In this document: positions 44,501 to 53,736 of the stretch, in pieces
Layout of the letters: each line of letters opens with the position of its first letter
Numbering within the stretch: position 1 is the first letter of the stretch
NCBI GenBank assembly: GCA_040182905.1
Contig: JARQWU010000011.1
Location: 62,001-126,000 of the forward strand
Length of the DNA stretch: 64,000 bases
DNA from: Barthelona sp. PAP020
Taxonomy: Eukaryota
Direction: 5' to 3'
Program-made: the position numbers and the translations under genes
The notes under the pieces: generated by a model
Database searches by the model: none
What the model saw: the letters and a program-made list of their open reading frames with translations, nothing else
Told to the model about the DNA's origin: nothing

Positions 44501-44704
44501 ATTCCTTTGTTAGGTGATATTAAAGATTTCAGTCCTGCAGGTAGATTGGAGAAAAATGAAAGAAGTGATTGGAAATCAACAACTTTAAAATATATTTTAA
44601 ATGTTTATTCATCAGAAAAAGTTGGTTTAATGAAGATTTCTCGTACTATTAAGCCCAATCAATTGCATATCCTGAATGACCATTTTGATTCTTCATTTGT
44701 TTAA
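38585..44704 (+). CDS. Multi-pass membrane protein with a C-terminal degenerate calpain (CysPc)-like domain
   Basis: Two blocks of many hydrophobic helices; VPLLEKALAKYYGSYSKL, VYLIID and EGVWLTY match calpain motifs. Confidence 0.7.
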   Translation: MLEITALGLVFTIWLLLDSIFERLTNIHRYTLTYLKSKRLLTIMIILCIILIVLEVFCEYIFLPSQYFGIFKYFMLFLLLLIVYINKLIHIYQSTIPNKIHFGIIYFFEAVTNLFPFLFNLIYHKGVYSTHLTVFLPYYFLSYKKRIYLDVYPKTDINRVVSHLIFEMNETNGEKTIIIGRKIPWFSFISLHLGIIFFCMFYSYIYNDTSIFFDVILHFFFEIIMVLMPFQSKLKQIFLIQSIYCAIIMLLYVFGEAYKEFIIDFIFFMLLSVNCILIYRVKENTEKELDFFNKRTFKVEIRRPLAIFEIKWLGKSRARCFYFVTILSFIFHILSKHLFHYFYKDTGHIDWQFFHYGLALYLYVIVCYRIFKRLRRVKMMKNKRNFFFDLQLIDIDKEETKDFTNNNNRSSINTVNGMNLASQGQSRLTSFKTNDHVDNNEFIFGNNGNSGNSFDKGIETVETMNEAHDHDHMILLQSSLQSPTHSNYTPKFLKGIKDMMLTSKDINDIGNIEEGEQFITDMMKNTLIQLLIFILVMFIVFLAVCYVFFGNIFGHLLFCYLLGNMVILQVILQIFSDIYQTQPFKYQLIRKFIFSFRDIFTFLYVLSYIGLNINIVILDYKNYEFVIIYLLPFANLLIYIKNQIFLRDLCENRMKMEEISWNASILTYLAVISYEKSIKNYCGIFIMDYCYTITCFYLIFFTLVYSYLFAKNSLKKTLIKLSIYQILGTIIILLQKKDDLDSKLFFLFYFFFFVLIFFIPIYLISVYYKRRNNIIVNFVSTVTYLQIFFLISFIYFFFFILFFVDNIIIFVEVMKYFEFFCIIFMFLLIIIYLSFFQINLQLFQTNSFISFKYFLSNTLILDETLKELYKRLLSLIFYYFENLCNILLFLYTIMPNIITLSVYILFKMGYTNRIEHVDEHAKYLLAESINCIDVDALTTILEKNMNYDIKSIKEQYVTRPNFYEQFKKFEFNEFFDIFHPKIDFSTLSICSLINFPFLRLIDAFNRVQKTDKNKQFLIRQEIELMFVRALKNDIYIYIQCLNIIFLNSQNRKKLIEKWKAMYYPIFDLDLLENDDFMQSVVLDHFEEFVKKHAFSLIKSDVLFSSNQHKAKAVGYFDITDNADEETNNLQSLPFSMVEDVQKHINNHVQDHIVHESPKFRQVSPANNDNNNEIRKGTPPILLDNIVPSVLFFSKDYNLLNSHNRIETNFVSSFTVSNTSQNNTGVNSKRSSCNTHSYVHEDFDLSTITPELTPSLTPELIQDVDLVHCLVEDIGLESISENYVFGIDKHLSVKGDEDEEVKIVEMNSDDSIDLTLDDFEDSESIDDTDDEMTEVTSFVEDFLSERDNQVIFEQEKKLNGNLGLDSNLTSSRRISTNELRSKIKVLLMEFASKLRTVADIREKICGLKTKSFNLVFEKAINFELEFDYLMKNMLYLSDNYVKQNERVLFDEIKEKFLRFNQHFERYVQEVNELANDDSSAFNPWLIDHAFKNAVLQFIKIAKKCREKKEFYVDKEFYHRNIILGDDFYLKYSKQVHLINLLSFTKDIISHDHVDMHLKPGIIDSPLLRFMFDTQRIPQIRDLFKSSILRYDSTFGIMLIQLYTRFERVYLIIDTNLLFYKNTRKLLFSSDINEENYIVPLLEKALAKYYGSYSKLYENMVNENFLRLLWGIRFKVISINKIEKDLVIVSQTLQILFQIIQHPYQFLLIKTKRKSDILGLANDTYFFISNGFKSDQYQLFYVVPLSTYEYEKRMIGLGHNEYLSVDNESISPTSTTKRNDFKPFSKFSGEFRKGSLEWKPTLKGRLNNQSLSRSSTVASLEKNVEIDYDEEITENVENEGVWLTYRELLKVSKRFVLCDFLSLMKKASYNAGTINSKSFFDTDFYEQKNFTYDCFKLLFRKKKSNIVFIEVIQQQEIVLPLVLNILQTLSINDNDLEQYDLSRVISMSKRFDSTSRVTYFSIRLSDLDLYSFAIIPLLGDIKDFSPAGRLEKNERSDWKSTTLKYILNVYSSEKVGLMKISRTIKPNQLHILNDHFDSSFV

Positions 44705-44828
44705 ATTCTTGATTGTTTTTGCATTAACCATGATGAAGTTAAAGATGTATATTGTATGCTTTGTATGGTATATATCTTTTATGCCTTTGTTAAATAAAGT
44801 TTGTAAGTAATTTTTTATTTTTTCTTCT

Positions 44829-46339
44829 TGTACGAACCTTTTCCAGAACTTTCCCAAATCAGAGAGTGGGAATTTCAGTTTACTAATAAATAATAAACCT
44901 TAATCTCTATCTTTTCGGGGGATGCCTTGTTAAGGGGTATCGTGTTACAGAGTGGTATCAGCAATGAAAAGAAACATTCCACAAGGGTTGTTTAATAATA
45001 ATATTTACCCTTATAAAGAGTGGGTTCAGCTCTTCATTGGAATTTATTTTTTGGAGACTAAAAAAGAATGCTGACCGTGGATTCCTCAGTCTCGATCCTA
45101 ACAATCTCCTTGTGGGTGTGCAACTTCCTGAAGACAACTGCGGCATGTGAAACCAGGTGAAGTAGAGACTTTGTTACCGATCATCAAGCAGGAAACTGAC
45201 AGCTTTTTAGATTTTGAACTGGGACTGCGTACCTCAAGGTCTAAACTTAAGAATGTGTTCCAGTTTTGGTTTTGATTTATCACTGCCGGATATCATACAA
45301 AATCCTCTTTTCATAAAGAAATGGCAATAATTTTTTTTAAAAGAAAAAAAGGAAACAGATCCCACAGGAAAGCTGCAAACAGCGGAAATAGTGTTTCAAA
45401 AATACCGAAATGGTGCATTTCAAGTAACACAAACATAAATAAGCTGCCAAGCATAGACTCTATGGAAGTGTTCTGTGCAAGATATGGACACTTGAACATC
45501 GAACTCCCTATTTCACAAGAGGAATCGATAAGTATTTTGTTACAAGAAGAAATCAGAGAAAATCTTACACCAAGAGTGATCAAAGCTACAGCAGCAACTG
45601 ATGCTTCATCTTTGAAAAAAGGGATTAGAATAAAGACAAATAATACCACGAGAATGCAGTCAAAAGAGGCAGACTGTTCAAACAGTAATGCCCTTCTAAA
45701 GTAACCACCATTAATCTTGAAAAATTAAAAAAGATTGTGAGACCCTTTGATCTTCTTTTTAAAACAAACATCAATGTATTCTTTCAAACACAACAAAAGA
45801 CAAGCCACTCTTTTTCAAGTCCTATATAAATGCACTCGAGATAATTCATTCCCAAATGAAAGAATTATGACGCTTTATAAAATGAGAAGGTAAAACCTTG
45901 AAAAACGCCATGTGCTGATCAAAAAGAAATTAGTGACACAAAAACAATTTACACCAGGCATAAAGCCATCAGATCCTCAAAGCTACATACTGCTAAATCT
46001 GTGGCCAAAACAGAGAATTCCAAAAAAGCACTTCTCATTGTTTCTGCGATCGATTGATATTTGGAGATATATATTTTGATGGAAAGATTTATGAATTCAT
46101 CAAAGTTCTCACGATTAACAGATCTGGGTTTGAGCCCAAATGATTTAAAATTGAATTCTGCAAGGTCGGTTGAGTAAAATTGGTATACAAAGGGTTTCAA
46201 TGATGGGAATACCTTGAGACACAGATCACGGTCAACAACATCAAACATGTTCAAAGAGCTGGTTGAAATGAGACCAAATGGGGTTGGTCCAAGAAGACTG
46301 ATTGGTATTTGGACCCGATGGATGAGACAATGAAGAATG
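44829..46339 (+). mobile_element. Heavily decayed LTR retrotransposon remnant (Ty3/gypsy-like)
   Basis: LTR-like end GGGGTATCGTGTTACA (44949), then TGGTATCAG (44953-44961, tRNA-iMet PBS). Broken frames contain CARYGHLNIELP, KVL...GF...KIEF and RRLIGI..WMR. Confidence 0.5.
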
Positions 46340-46409
46340 NNNNNNNNNNNNNNNNNNNNNNNNNNNNNNNNNNNNNNNNNNNNNNNNNNNNNNNNNNNNN
46401 NNNNNNNNN

Positions 46410-46579
46410 TTTTTTTCCAGACTCAAAGAATTCTGAATCGGTTGACCAAAACAGCAAAGATACCATGGAGTAATTTCCCCAACCCCAGTTAGTAAATATA
46501 AATTAAAGCCTTTAATTTTGCCCTTTCGTCTAACGTGAATTAAAGCCTATTAATTTTGCCCTTTCGTCCAACGTGAATT
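46410..46579 (-). mobile_element. tRNA-downstream short element, copy C (most complete; A-run enters a 70-N gap)
   Basis: Reverse complement reads two ~37-38 bp units, the shared core, then CCGATTCAGAATTCTTTGAGTCTGG and A7+. Confidence 0.7.
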
Positions 46580-46611
46580 GTTTTTGATTGTTTAATTTTC
46601 AATTTTCAAAG

Positions 46612-46621
46612 ACTCGATCCT
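46612..46621 (-). promoter_or_regulatory. Extragenic B-box-like motif downstream of tRNA-Cys
   Basis: AGGATCGAGT on the minus strand, 24 nt after the tRNA 3' end. Confidence 0.55.
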
Positions 46622-46645
46622 CTAACTTAAATTTTTGGTTTAAAA

Positions 46646-46717
46646 AGCGAGTAACCAGAGTTGAACTGATGACCCACGGATTTGCAATCCGATGCTCTAC
46701 CACTGAGCTATACTCGC
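46646..46717 (-). tRNA. tRNA-Cys(GCA)
   Basis: GCGAGTA/TACTCGC acceptor, U73 discriminator, CGGA-TT-GCA-AA-TCCG anticodon arm, GTTCAAC T-loop, T-run terminator. Confidence 0.96.
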
Positions 46718-46994
46718 TACAGCGGATTAACTTAAAAAAGGCAATAAATTTGTTGTTCACATAAGTTTTTTTCTTGAATATGGAATAACTGTTAAAAAAT
46801 TTTGGCACAAGAAATTTTTTTATTAAATTGTTTATTTCTTTTATCATTTTCAATAAAAATAGTGCTTCTTGACTTGGAAATATTTATTTTAACTTTTTTT
46901 TTTAAAGGAATAAAAATTAAAAAATTTTTCTTAAACAAAATTAAAGCAGGGGATTGACTTTCAATTACTCATTTGCTTTTGCTTAAAGTTTCTG

Positions 46995-47085
46995 GTTTTC
47001 TTTTGCTTGAAAATAAATACAATTGTTTCACAACTGGAACAAAATTTTAACAATTTTATTTTTTAATTTGATAACCTTAGTTTTC
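46995..47085 (+). repeat. Diverged 3' fragment of repeat R1
   Basis: AAATAAATACAATTGTTTCACAACTGGA...TTTATT...ATAACC matches 27965-28035. Confidence 0.55.
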
Positions 47086-47482
47086 TTTTCTTTTTTAAAA
47101 TTGTATCATTTTTAGTGGGAAATGATATCTTTCTCAATCAATCAATAAAGTATCTTAGATTTATACTTCTTAGAATTTGAGAATAATGAAATTGATGCAT
47201 ACAATGAAAGAATGAGAATTTATTCTACTCAAATAATTTTTTTGGATGGAGAATTGGGATGTGAATTATTTGGTATTTTTCATTTTATTTGTTGTGAGAT
47301 TTCCGTTCTCTTTTAAAAAAATAAATTGTAAAGATACTTAATTTGACCAAAGCAACAATTTGTTTAGTTATTGTTTTGATAAATATTTCACAGAAATGAT
47401 AATACAAATTTCTAATCTCAATGTGTCAAAGAAATATGAGCTTGACAAAAAAAATTTTTTTTGAAAAAACTTTTTCATTCAA

Positions 47483-47800
47483 ATGGACTCACGTATTCCC
47501 GACAATCAAGAAGAAATTCATGCCAATATGTCGAAAGTAATGTGGAAACGAATTAATCCCACATATTTGGATGATCCAGATGATACTTATAAAACGTCAT
47601 CACAACTTACTTTTACAGATTGGACAAAAGAAGATGAGAAAGACAATGTTGACAGAACTCATTTTTTAAAGACCACTGCATATGGTGAAGCTGTTGCACG
47701 TGAATCCCAATTGGAAAAGATGCGACTCGCAGCAATTGCTTCTCGTAACACAGAAACTGCCAAACCAACTGGATCTACGGCACCTACTACTAATGCTTAA
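47483..47800 (+). CDS. Hypothetical 105 aa protein
   Basis: ATG-TAA ORF with coding-like composition between AT-rich spacers. Confidence 0.6.
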   Translation: MDSRIPDNQEEIHANMSKVMWKRINPTYLDDPDDTYKTSSQLTFTDWTKEDEKDNVDRTHFLKTTAYGEAVARESQLEKMRLAAIASRNTETAKPTGSTAPTTNA

Positions 47801-47883
47801 AGAATATTTTGGACAGATAATAACAATTGTATAAATGATTTCAAATTTATTATTTGTTGTTTTAAAAAGAAATAGCATCTAAT

Positions 47884-49239
47884 TTACTGACTTTCCATCA
47901 TTCTTTGATATAATAAAGTTGCTCTGGCCTTCCACAAATCCTTTTCATCATCTATTTCATGTAATTCATCCATCAGTTCTGATAATTGATTTTTCTGCTC
48001 AGTGTTTGCAATATGCTGCAAATATCCATGTCTAATTTCGCTCACTTCTTCTTCAAATGCATGTTTCTCCTTTCTCAAATGGTTTTCAAACAGTTCAGCA
48101 AATTCTAACTCACTCTCAGTTTGATCAAAAGTGAAACTGACATCTGTGAGTTCATTTTCGGCATAGACATAACTCTTTAAAGGTGGAATTTCTCTCCAAG
48201 GAATCTGATTAGATAAATTCTGATTGATTTGGTCAATGTTACTGACAAAAGGATGAATACCAAGTACGTACATCATATATCCTACTTTAGAATGAGGCAC
48301 AAATTGGCACATGTTTATTCCACCTTGTTGAACAGCTACAAACCGATCAATTATTTCTCCTGATAGAGTAGACATATAAATGATTTCTGAGGACCCTCTG
48401 GAACACACAACAAATTTATCACCAGTAAAAGCCATTGAAATGTCATTGATTGAGGTTAAAAAAGGCTGACCAAGAACTATTGGAGACGAATTAGGTTCGT
48501 TTTCTACTTTAACAACCTCTCCATTGATTAAACCAACAATAGCAAATGTTTCACAAGGTGAAATACACAAGGATGTTGGATTATGACTAAAATGTGTTTT
48601 AAACATTAATTTTTGCGTCTTTAAACTGTAGATTGAATAAGTTCTCCTATCTGAAATGGTGTACAAATAACCAGAAGATGATTTATCATTTCCTAATTTC
48701 ATGGAAAGAATGACACCAGAATCATCTAATAATGAGTGTAAAGGAGTAGGATCTTCATCAACTAACAACGAATTAAAAGACCATAATAGAATTGAAGTGT
48801 CTTTGGAGGTGGTAATTAATATTTGTGTATCATTTGTTAAGATTAAATCCATAACGCTATGATAATGTGCGCGAAAGGATTTTATTAATCTGCCTGTATT
48901 TGTATCATATATATGAATAAACCCATTATTTGTTCCAAAAATCAATAAATTTCCTAAAACATTAGAAACAATTGTTGTAATATATTCATTTTCGTATTGT
49001 GATTTGGGTAAATTACATCTATATAGAGGTTTTTTCTTATCAAATCTATAAAAATGTGAAATGCTTTTTGTTTTTTGACCACATATCAAATGACTATCTC
49101 CTAAAATTGTGAATAATTTGGAATTTGTATGAGTTTGAGAAAAAGTTGTCAATCTTTTGTTGATTTTTGGTTGATAGACAGACAATATACCTTCTTGTGT
49201 ATCGTTAACAAATAATACTTCGGGTATAAAACCAGGCAT
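47884..49239 (-). CDS. WDR18: WD40 protein, Ipi3/WDR18-like (rixosome)
   Basis: GFIHIYDTNTGRLIKSFRAHYHSV, TTSKDTSILLW, C-terminal coiled coil ending WKARATLLY. Confidence 0.65.
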   Translation of the reverse strand: MPGFIPEVLFVNDTQEGILSVYQPKINKRLTTFSQTHTNSKLFTILGDSHLICGQKTKSISHFYRFDKKKPLYRCNLPKSQYENEYITTIVSNVLGNLLIFGTNNGFIHIYDTNTGRLIKSFRAHYHSVMDLILTNDTQILITTSKDTSILLWSFNSLLVDEDPTPLHSLLDDSGVILSMKLGNDKSSSGYLYTISDRRTYSIYSLKTQKLMFKTHFSHNPTSLCISPCETFAIVGLINGEVVKVENEPNSSPIVLGQPFLTSINDISMAFTGDKFVVCSRGSSEIIYMSTLSGEIIDRFVAVQQGGINMCQFVPHSKVGYMMYVLGIHPFVSNIDQINQNLSNQIPWREIPPLKSYVYAENELTDVSFTFDQTESELEFAELFENHLRKEKHAFEEEVSEIRHGYLQHIANTEQKNQLSELMDELHEIDDEKDLWKARATLLYQRMMESQ

Positions 49240-49354
49240 TGATTGTTTAAAAGAAAATTGTCAATAAAAGTTTTCCATCTTTTTTTTTACCAATTTTTTT
49301 TGTTTGTTCCTTCTAACAATAAACATGAAAGAAAAAAAAAATCATTTTCTTAAT

Positions 49355-51913
49355 TTATTTCCGTTTTTTGTAGTTTTGAGAGCTTTTACCAAATTTACTT
49401 TTTCTTTTTTCAACAAATTTATCTTTTTGTTGAATTCCTTCATCAGTTTTTAAATCATCTAATTTAGGTTCTCTTTTGAAATCTGATTTGTTCGATTTTG
49501 TTCTTTGTTCATTTTTAACCATCTTATCATCATCAAACTTCACATTATTGACTTTCTCTTTGGTTTTTTCTGGCAGTTTTTCTACCTTTTTAGTTATCTT
49601 TTTAGAGGATAAATTTTTCTTTTTGCCTTGCAATCTGTCTTTTCTAACAGTTTGAATTTTCTTTGTGATTATTCTTTTTTCCCGTTCTGTCAATTTCTTT
49701 TTTTTGTTTTCTTTATTTTCGAATTCTTTTTTTTTTTCAAGTTTGTCCAACAAACGCTTTTTCTCTTCAGTTCTAATGGTCTCTTTCTCAATCCATTGAT
49801 TTCTTTTCTTTAATTCTGACTTGGAGAAACTTTCCAAACGCTTTTTAAAGGACGATATTGAAAAATTCCAGCTTTTTAAAGAAGCTCGTTTAAAATTTTG
49901 ACAATTTTCTGATTGTAAACTTTTCAAAAAATTCACTTCGTTGTTGAAATTTTCATCTGTATGTAACATATTCAATTTTTTCTTTGAAAACGGTGCAATT
50001 TCCAAATAATCAAGGAAAACACCCTCGCTGAATTGCTTTAACTTGCTAGAATCACTCTCATATATCATTTTTAACACATTCCAAATGTCTTTTAAAGAAA
50101 TTTCCATCTTAAAAAACCCAACATCATGTAAAGAAACAGATAAGTTGTATTTAGCAGAATACGCAATAATACTATCATCCAAATCATCAAATTCAATAAA
50201 TTGAGGATGTTTGAAAGGATACTTGAAAATATTCACTCTATTATCAATTATCTCTTCATCATTATCATTGGAAACTGAAATAATGGTGCTATTTGAGTAA
50301 GGAAACTCTGCTGGATATGTGTTTATTTGATCAATAAGTTCAGGTAGTATCATTTTTTGTTCTTTCGTTGCTTCCCATGAATCAACACTATTTTTCGTTT
50401 TACGACACATATCTTGAACTTCATGTGGTAATATTAAAGAAGAAATAATATCAGATGGTGGAGGTAACATGTAATTAGCAGGCCAAGGTGTGTAAGGAAG
50501 ATGGATCACATTAGGAAGGGTTTTCAAATATTCAATCAATTTGCTGATGACCGGATATGTTCTGAAAGGATAGTGTTGAGCATATGAAATGGGTTTTCCA
50601 TCCAAATATGTCCACACCAAGGTTAATAGAGTCATGATGAATGACTTACATTGTTCATTCTCATCAATTGTTTTGTCATCATCATCATCTTCTTCTTCTT
50701 CTACTTCAACAAGTTCTTCCTCATCTTTTTCAATATCAGATTCATCGGAAAGAACTTTACTAACTTCTTCAAGTGCCACATCAACAGGATCATCAATAGC
50801 TAAGGTGTCGTCTTCATCTTTCTCTTTTAAATCACTTGTGTCATCATTTTCATTCTTTGATTTAGTTTTTGGTAACATTTCTTCCAATAATACTCGAAGG
50901 AAATGAATATTTAGACCACGGTTTGGTAGAATCAATCCAACAGCCCATTGTTCAGTCGAAGATCTAACGAACTTTTGTCTCATCTTTTGCAACAATGAGG
51001 CAACATTTAAACCATGTCGCTTACCTCTAACCGGAAAATAATCGTCTTGTAAAAGCAATAATAATGCAATTACTGATGTTAAAACAGTATCATCAGCTAC
51101 TAAAGCTTCAGGACAAATGTTTTTGTTTAATTTTACCAATTGTAGGGGTCTTTTCTTCATATATTTAAGCAATAAATCCCGTAACTTAGCAATATCAATC
51201 AACACTGCTGAATCACCAGCAACACCACTCCCAACAACACCATTTTCTCTCTTCAATCCAAAAACAGATATTTTTCGGTGAAATAACAATGTAATATCAT
51301 GTTTTAATGTCAAACTTAACAAAATAAGATCAGTGTCTGATCCTAATATTAAATTTTTCTTATCAAGTGATGAATAACTTTTAATCCAAGAAATAATTTT
51401 ATTTTCAGCTTCTCCAGGCTCTCTACTATCAGATATAATAATCTTAACTTGGCTTAAATGATGAAATTGATTATCAGAATTTTGAGCAGCCTTCAATAAA
51501 TGTGCAAAGTGAGTTTTCAATAAATTAATTAAATTATCCATAAAAATTGTACCAGGAGTAAAATGAAGAGGAGTAACAAAGTTTTGCTTTCGCCAATTTA
51601 GATTCTGAAACTTTTCCTTTTCGAATGTTTTTCTACGTTTAATCCTTTGATGATTGAGTTTTGCAAATGAAGCAGGGCCATCAACTGCTAAAACTAAGCA
51701 TTCACTTGGTTTAATAGTTAATAACAACATTTCTAATTGTTTAATCAATTTTAATCCAAATAATTTGTATGACATAGCTTCTTGACCACAAATAGAATGC
51801 AAAATTGGATTCATATCTATCAAAACATTGTCACAATTCATTACTCCTCGTTGTTTTGTCATACATTCTCGGAATTGATGACGTAGTAATGAATATAACC
51901 CGCTAACACCCAT
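49355..51913 (-). CDS. Divergent XRN-family 5'-3' exoribonuclease
   Basis: MGV, DMNPILH, AVDGPASFAK, TPGT, SDSREPGEAENKI, GSDTDL; K/E-rich tail. Confidence 0.85.
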   Translation of the reverse strand: MGVSGLYSLLRHQFRECMTKQRGVMNCDNVLIDMNPILHSICGQEAMSYKLFGLKLIKQLEMLLLTIKPSECLVLAVDGPASFAKLNHQRIKRRKTFEKEKFQNLNWRKQNFVTPLHFTPGTIFMDNLINLLKTHFAHLLKAAQNSDNQFHHLSQVKIIISDSREPGEAENKIISWIKSYSSLDKKNLILGSDTDLILLSLTLKHDITLLFHRKISVFGLKRENGVVGSGVAGDSAVLIDIAKLRDLLLKYMKKRPLQLVKLNKNICPEALVADDTVLTSVIALLLLLQDDYFPVRGKRHGLNVASLLQKMRQKFVRSSTEQWAVGLILPNRGLNIHFLRVLLEEMLPKTKSKNENDDTSDLKEKDEDDTLAIDDPVDVALEEVSKVLSDESDIEKDEEELVEVEEEEDDDDDKTIDENEQCKSFIMTLLTLVWTYLDGKPISYAQHYPFRTYPVISKLIEYLKTLPNVIHLPYTPWPANYMLPPPSDIISSLILPHEVQDMCRKTKNSVDSWEATKEQKMILPELIDQINTYPAEFPYSNSTIISVSNDNDEEIIDNRVNIFKYPFKHPQFIEFDDLDDSIIAYSAKYNLSVSLHDVGFFKMEISLKDIWNVLKMIYESDSSKLKQFSEGVFLDYLEIAPFSKKKLNMLHTDENFNNEVNFLKSLQSENCQNFKRASLKSWNFSISSFKKRLESFSKSELKKRNQWIEKETIRTEEKKRLLDKLEKKKEFENKENKKKKLTEREKRIITKKIQTVRKDRLQGKKKNLSSKKITKKVEKLPEKTKEKVNNVKFDDDKMVKNEQRTKSNKSDFKREPKLDDLKTDEGIQQKDKFVEKRKSKFGKSSQNYKKRK

Positions 51914-52207
51914 TGATAAGAGAGATAAAGACTATAAAAAAAAACTGTTTGTTATTTTTTATGAAAGTATTCAATAATTTTTTAATTACAAATATTCTAT
52001 AATTCTTGTTTCCTATAAATATTTAACAGAGGCTATTAATAAGGTTGATTTTATTGATAAAAGAAATTGCCCATTTTTAAAAAAGGTAATTGTAACAGTA
52101 GCTTATCATATTGGACTTAAATAATTATTTCTTTAACTGATAAGATTTGGCGATTTTTTGGCAGTTTTTTCTTGAAATAAAAAAGAATTTATTTAATCAT
52201 TGAAACA

Positions 52208-53557
52208 ATGTTTTTGTCAATTTCAGTGATTATTATATCGTTTTTCACATTTTGTGCGTTTAATCGTTTGAGAAGAAGACGATCAACTGTTGCATTTTTT
52301 CATCCTTTTGCAAATGATACTGGAGGAGGAGAAAGAGTTTTATATTTTGCTATTAAGGCTATTCAAGATATGTTTCCTGGGGAAATCAAAGTTGTAATAT
52401 ATTCAGGAAGAAAGCAAGATGAAACTTCAGAAACTATTTTAGAAAGAGCTAAGAATGTGTTTGGAGTTGAGTTAAATGAACCTGTTGAATTTGTGTGGTT
52501 GAAAACTAGGGCCTGTTTGGAACCTAAGTATTATCCTTTTTTGACGCTGCTTTTACAATCTTTAGGATCCATGATAGTTGGATTCGAATGTGTATTAAGA
52601 GCACCATGTTCATATGTTATTGATACAACAGGTCATGCGTTTACTTTTCCTGTATTTAATATTCTTGCGGGATCAAAAATTGGAGCATATGTGCACTATC
52701 CCACTATCTCTACTGATATGATAGAGGTCGTACAGTCTAGAACTTCTGCAGTGAATAACTCAGCAGTTATTGCCAGATCTAAGATGTTTTCTTTTGCCAA
52801 ATTGGAATACTATCGGTTTTTTGCTCGGTTATATCACTTAGTTTCCATGTTTTGCTCATGTACAATGGTCAATTCCTCTTGGACAAAGGGTCATATTGAT
52901 GCCTTATGGGGGAAATCAACAATTGTATTTCCACCTTGTGATGTTAGTGCTATGAGTAAGTTGGATGGGATAAGAAAGAACCACATAATATCTATTGCTG
53001 TTTATCGACCTGAAAAGAAGCATTTCTTACAAATTGAGGCTTTTGCAAAATTATTACACGATAACCCTGAATTTAAGGAAGAAAAAGTGGAGCTACATTT
53101 CTTTGGCAATGTTCGTAATGACGATGATATGAAACTGGTTGAGGAATGTGTTAAAAAAACTGAAGAATTAGGTATTGAGGATTCTGTTGTTTTCCATCAA
53201 AGTGTTCCATATTCTGAATTATTGAAAGCTTTGGGAGAAGCTAAAGTTGGTCTGCATGCCATGTGGAATGAGCATTTTGGTATTGTTGTGGTTGAATATA
53301 TGGCTGCAGGTTTATTGTGCTTGGCAAACAATTCAGGAGGGCCTAAATCTGACATTGTAACTGATTATAGAAATCAAAAAACCGGTTTTCTTGCATCAAC
53401 AGTTGATGAGTACGCTGAAAAAATGGCATATTGTTTCAAGCATTATGATGAATTGCAATCTCTGAGAAACAATGCTCGAGCATCTGTTGAGCGTTTCTCT
53501 TGTGAAGAATTTATGAGATGTTTTCAAGAAGAATTGGTGGCTACCAATTTTTTGTAG
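52208..53557 (+). CDS. ALG11: GDP-Man:Man3GlcNAc2-PP-Dol alpha-1,2-mannosyltransferase
   Basis: AFFHPFANDTGGGERVL, YVHYPTISTDM, MVNSSWT, MWNEHFGIVVVEYMAAG. Confidence 0.95.
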   Translation: MFLSISVIIISFFTFCAFNRLRRRRSTVAFFHPFANDTGGGERVLYFAIKAIQDMFPGEIKVVIYSGRKQDETSETILERAKNVFGVELNEPVEFVWLKTRACLEPKYYPFLTLLLQSLGSMIVGFECVLRAPCSYVIDTTGHAFTFPVFNILAGSKIGAYVHYPTISTDMIEVVQSRTSAVNNSAVIARSKMFSFAKLEYYRFFARLYHLVSMFCSCTMVNSSWTKGHIDALWGKSTIVFPPCDVSAMSKLDGIRKNHIISIAVYRPEKKHFLQIEAFAKLLHDNPEFKEEKVELHFFGNVRNDDDMKLVEECVKKTEELGIEDSVVFHQSVPYSELLKALGEAKVGLHAMWNEHFGIVVVEYMAAGLLCLANNSGGPKSDIVTDYRNQKTGFLASTVDEYAEKMAYCFKHYDELQSLRNNARASVERFSCEEFMRCFQEELVATNFL

Positions 53558-53736
53558 ATTAGTTGTTTAGTTGGTACCTCTTTGTAAAGAATATTTTCCT
53601 TCTTTTATTTTTTCACAGATGACAACATTTATACTCAATATCAATTGCCCAATCATTCAATTTAAAACTCTTCTGAAGCTTTTCAAATTAGTTTGATGGA
53701 TAAAAAGAAAAGATCAAACTATTTATGAACAGTCGC

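Noticed and set aside
45949..46254. Minus-strand ORF (NMFDVVDR...FPSLKPFVYQFYS) resembling a non-LTR RT motif
   Set aside because: No QG or YxDD motifs follow, and the + strand LTR/PBS and gypsy-like fragments explain the region better. Not fully excluded without a search.
46130..46339. Several in-frame TGA codons suggesting TGA=Trp recoding
   Set aside because: Intact genes end in TAA, TAG or TGA and use TGG for conserved Trp, so these stops reflect decay.
46477..46486. CCCCAACCCC as a telomerase RNA template
   Set aside because: It lies in a multicopy element, no TTGGGG arrays or telomerase RNA structure are visible, and the telomere repeat is unknown.
46531..46579. 37-38 bp repeats as a CRISPR array
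   Set aside because: The units are directly adjacent with no spacers, the context is eukaryotic, and there are no cas genes.
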